64,000 bases of DNA from Thermoplasmata archaeon (lineage in GTDB: Archaea > Thermoplasmatota > Thermoplasmata > Thermoplasmatales > ARK-15): assembly GCA_039794005.1 (NCBI GenBank), contig JBAMMA010000019.1:1-64000 (forward strand), given 5' to 3'. Of the stretch, positions 61,407 to 64,000 are shown one piece after another (the first letter of the stretch is position 1; every line of letters starts with the position of its first letter). The notes beneath the pieces were generated by a model, which saw only the letters and a program-made list of their open reading frames with translations, searched no databases and was not told the DNA's origin. The translations under genes and the position numbers were made by a program.

Positions 61407-61999
61407 AACCTATAAATGTAAAACTCGTAGGTGTTGGTGGCCAGGGCGTTGTTTCGGCAGGTATAATTTTAGGAGAGGCTGCATCAAAAAGGAATATAAA
61501 CGTTGTTATGTCAGAGATTCATGGAATGGCTCAAAGGGGTGGAATAGTAAGTGTTGATATAAGGTTAGGAGAAGTATATGGTCCAATTTCTCCTGACAAT
61601 GACATTGACATTTTAGTAGGTTTTGAAATCTTGGAAACTATTAGAGCTTTAAAATATACCAATGAAAATACCTATATCATAATGAATAATGAAAAAATAG
61701 TACCATTTACATCAAACATTCTGAAAATAGGATATCCAAATGTTGAAGATTACATAAAAAACAGAAAAAATTTTTTTGCAATTGATGCAGTTGAAATTGC
61801 AAAAAAGGCAGGGACCTATAAAGCTCTAAATATTGTAATGATAGGTGCGGTATCCGCTTTGAACATTTTACCCATAAAAAATGAAGATGTGGAAGAAGCA
61901 ATTAAAAATGTTCTTCCTAAAAAATTCTGGGACGTAAACATAAATGCCTTCAGGTTGGGGGTAGAAACAATAAATAAACTCAGAGCAGCATATCTATAA
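61403..61999 (+). CDS. iorB: Indolepyruvate:ferredoxin oxidoreductase beta subunit
   Basis: GVGGQG, SEIHGMAQRGG, NIVMIGA, N..AF..G. Confidence 0.94.
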   Translation: MKPINVKLVGVGGQGVVSAGIILGEAASKRNINVVMSEIHGMAQRGGIVSVDIRLGEVYGPISPDNDIDILVGFEILETIRALKYTNENTYIIMNNEKIVPFTSNILKIGYPNVEDYIKNRKNFFAIDAVEIAKKAGTYKALNIVMIGAVSALNILPIKNEDVEEAIKNVLPKKFWDVNINAFRLGVETINKLRAAYL

Positions 62000-62948
62000 A
62001 ACTTTCAATTCTCAACTTTGTTCTCTCATCCAATTTTCCTGGCCTATTACCCTCTATTGTTAAAACCTTTACATCCAACATTTCTTTCAATATTTCGTCA
62101 ATTATTTGCCTGTGGCAAAAGCTCTGAACATAGTGTATAATTCCATCAATATTCCTTCTTTTGATTTCGTTTTTAATGTCATTAATTCTATCAAAAATTG
62201 TATAAGGATATGTATATTTCAAATATTTACCAATCCAATCTTCTTCTGGGAACGGCATCGAAAATTGTCTCTGTACTTCATTAAAAACAACGTGAACCTT
62301 TTTTGATTCAAGAAATTGATAAATGTCGGTGAATATCGGAGGAACTCCAACATATCCAATCCTAAGAACATGATCTATCTCATCCCTTTCTTTCGATTTT
62401 TCCAATAATTCCTTGGATAATTTCACATATTTTTCAATATCACCAAAAAAATCGCTTGAACTAACGAGAAAGATATGGTTTTCGTATCCCGTTATTTTAT
62501 TTTTTATTGTATAATAGTCAATATCCCAAGCTAATTTTCTAGCTTCTTCCACTTTCTTTATTATTTTTTCCAATTCATTTCTATCTGCATTTAAATACTC
62601 CATCAATGAATTTATTTCCAACTCCAATTTTTTCCTTGACTTGTCAAAAGGATAGGAAAATGGATAAACCATTTTACCCCTAAATGTTAAAAAATCCAAT
62701 AGTGATTCTGTATTGCTACAATCTCCTCTCACTACACCTATGATAATATCTATATCATTCATAATCGAAACTGTATATAGGCCTTTTATCCATGAGCATG
62801 TATTGTACGGAAATCCATCTATCTCAGCGAATTCTACCAATTTTTCAGGATCATCCTTTGTAATGAAAATGTTATTTAAATCAACTGGAATGTTATAAGA
62901 TGCAAAAATTGGCTCAACTGGGATTGTGGTTGTTAAACCAACTCTCAT
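61980..62948 (-). CDS. 2-hydroxyacyl-CoA dehydratase subunit (HgdB/HGD-D) family Fe-S protein
   Basis: TTTIPVE, three spaced Cys (TCSWIKG, GDCSNT, QSFCHR), IDGIIHY, LTIEG, KLRIESF. Confidence 0.8.
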   Translation of the reverse strand: MRVGLTTTIPVEPIFASYNIPVDLNNIFITKDDPEKLVEFAEIDGFPYNTCSWIKGLYTVSIMNDIDIIIGVVRGDCSNTESLLDFLTFRGKMVYPFSYPFDKSRKKLELEINSLMEYLNADRNELEKIIKKVEEARKLAWDIDYYTIKNKITGYENHIFLVSSSDFFGDIEKYVKLSKELLEKSKERDEIDHVLRIGYVGVPPIFTDIYQFLESKKVHVVFNEVQRQFSMPFPEEDWIGKYLKYTYPYTIFDRINDIKNEIKRRNIDGIIHYVQSFCHRQIIDEILKEMLDVKVLTIEGNRPGKLDERTKLRIESFIDMLL

Positions 62949-63032
62949 TGTGAAAAATAAAAATTCAAAGAATTTTAAAATTTCGCTTTGTAAAATAAAT
63001 ATTTTATTTTTGAATCTCTATTAATTTTTGAT

Positions 63033-63773
63033 TTAATAAATAAAATAAATTTTATTTTTTCTAACTTTTTCTACATTTTTTTGAATTATATTGCCATTTT
63101 TATCTAAAAATCCCATCTCATAAGCAACTGTAGAAGACATTATGGCCAAATTATTATTTATCTCATATTTATATATTGGATAATAATTTGTTTTTTCAAT
63201 ATCATCATAATAATTTGAAAAATAACAGATTACTCTTTTATTGTCATATGTTCTAATCAAACAGAATAAATTTAACATATTTGAAAGTGAATTTGAAATT
63301 ATAAAATCAATACCATTTTTAATTCTTTCATAATAATTTCCATCTAATTTTTCAAGCATCATTGAAAAAACTTCCGAATCCGTTCTATTTTCAAAATCTA
63401 TATTAAATTTTTTACCTATAAAATCCTTTTTAATTGAACCATTATGGGCCATGTATATAATTTCATTTTCACCATGTATTAAAAATGGATGAGAATTTAA
63501 AGGAGTTAATTTAGGCTCTTGTGGAGATGCAAGTCTTGCATGCAAAATACCATATGAATATTCATTCTTTAAATAATTTTTAAAATCTTCTTCATAGATG
63601 GGATTCTTTGATTTATAGAATATTTCATAATTTTCATATGAAAATACAATTCCCCATCCATCTTTATGTGATTTAAAATTGTTAAAAATATCACTCTTAG
63701 AAGCCCTTTTCAAAGCTTCTATCAAATTTAAGACGAAATCATCATTTCCTTTGAATAAAATCATCCTGCACAT
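63033..63773 (-). CDS. Class II (Ntn) glutamine amidotransferase domain protein (YafJ/EgtC-like)
   Basis: Cys at position 2 (MCRM), HKDGWG, HARLAS, NSHPF, AHNGSI, TDSE. Confidence 0.88.
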   Translation of the reverse strand: MCRMILFKGNDDFVLNLIEALKRASKSDIFNNFKSHKDGWGIVFSYENYEIFYKSKNPIYEEDFKNYLKNEYSYGILHARLASPQEPKLTPLNSHPFLIHGENEIIYMAHNGSIKKDFIGKKFNIDFENRTDSEVFSMMLEKLDGNYYERIKNGIDFIISNSLSNMLNLFCLIRTYDNKRVICYFSNYYDDIEKTNYYPIYKYEINNNLAIMSSTVAYEMGFLDKNGNIIQKNVEKVRKNKIYFIY

Positions 63774-63902
63774 GTTAAATATTTAAATGATTTTAATATA
63801 AAAATTTTTGTATTTAAAAATTGTTTATAATTCAATATAATAAAATACTGTGAGAAAATTTTAATATCCATTAATTTATTATATTTTTAAACGGTGATGC
63901 TT

Positions 63903-64000
63903 ATGGCTATTGGCTTTGTTTTAATAAGTACAGCACCAGGAAAAGAACATGAAGTATATGACGAATTAAAGAACATTAAAGAAATAGTAGAATTACATCC
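63903..64000 (+). CDS. Standalone Lrp/AsnC ligand-binding (RAM) domain protein, 5' part
   Basis: Own translation MAIGFVLISTAPGKEHEVYDELKNIKEIVELHP..., with GGTGA SD; runs off the window edge. Confidence 0.8.
   Translation, partial: MAIGFVLISTAPGKEHEVYDELKNIKEIVELH

Overview
Gene-dense, low-GC archaeal chromosome segment, most consistent with Thermoplasmata (Aciduliprofundum/Thermoplasmatales-like). The evidence is PolD DP2, proteasome beta, aCPSF1, LonB, GINS, Cgi121, ArcTGT, GGTGA-type SD motifs and a 5S rRNA with no linked 16S/23S. It is mostly core genome for a peptide-fermenting lifestyle: an Opp/Dpp ABC importer, GDH, POR/VOR plus IOR, Acd-EtfAB, a complex I-like nuoA-N operon lacking nuoEFG, the HMG-CoA synthase/thiolase/DUF35 operon, FBPA/P, purC and purD. 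It also holds tRNA-Pro(CGG) and the probable 5' end of an integrase at the left edge. No CRISPR array, IS element or intein was seen. The most unusual observations are: (1) an intact bacterial-type queA in an archaeon, with an orphan HgdB-like Fe-S protein nearby that could hypothetically act as an alternative reductase; (2) a mevalonate-operon thiolase with no cysteine at all, both catalytic Cys replaced by Ser; (3) a giant Opp system whose binding protein carries ~6 Ig-like repeats and whose OppC carries a ~450-aa extracellular beta-propeller-like insert, transcribed from a divergent promoter with a perfect 24-bp palindrome; (4) an ArcTGT lacking its zinc-binding cysteines; (5) a perfect 39-bp duplication in nuoM; (6) a 1.07-kb AT-rich gene-free region. 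All calls come from motif recognition by eye; no searches were run.
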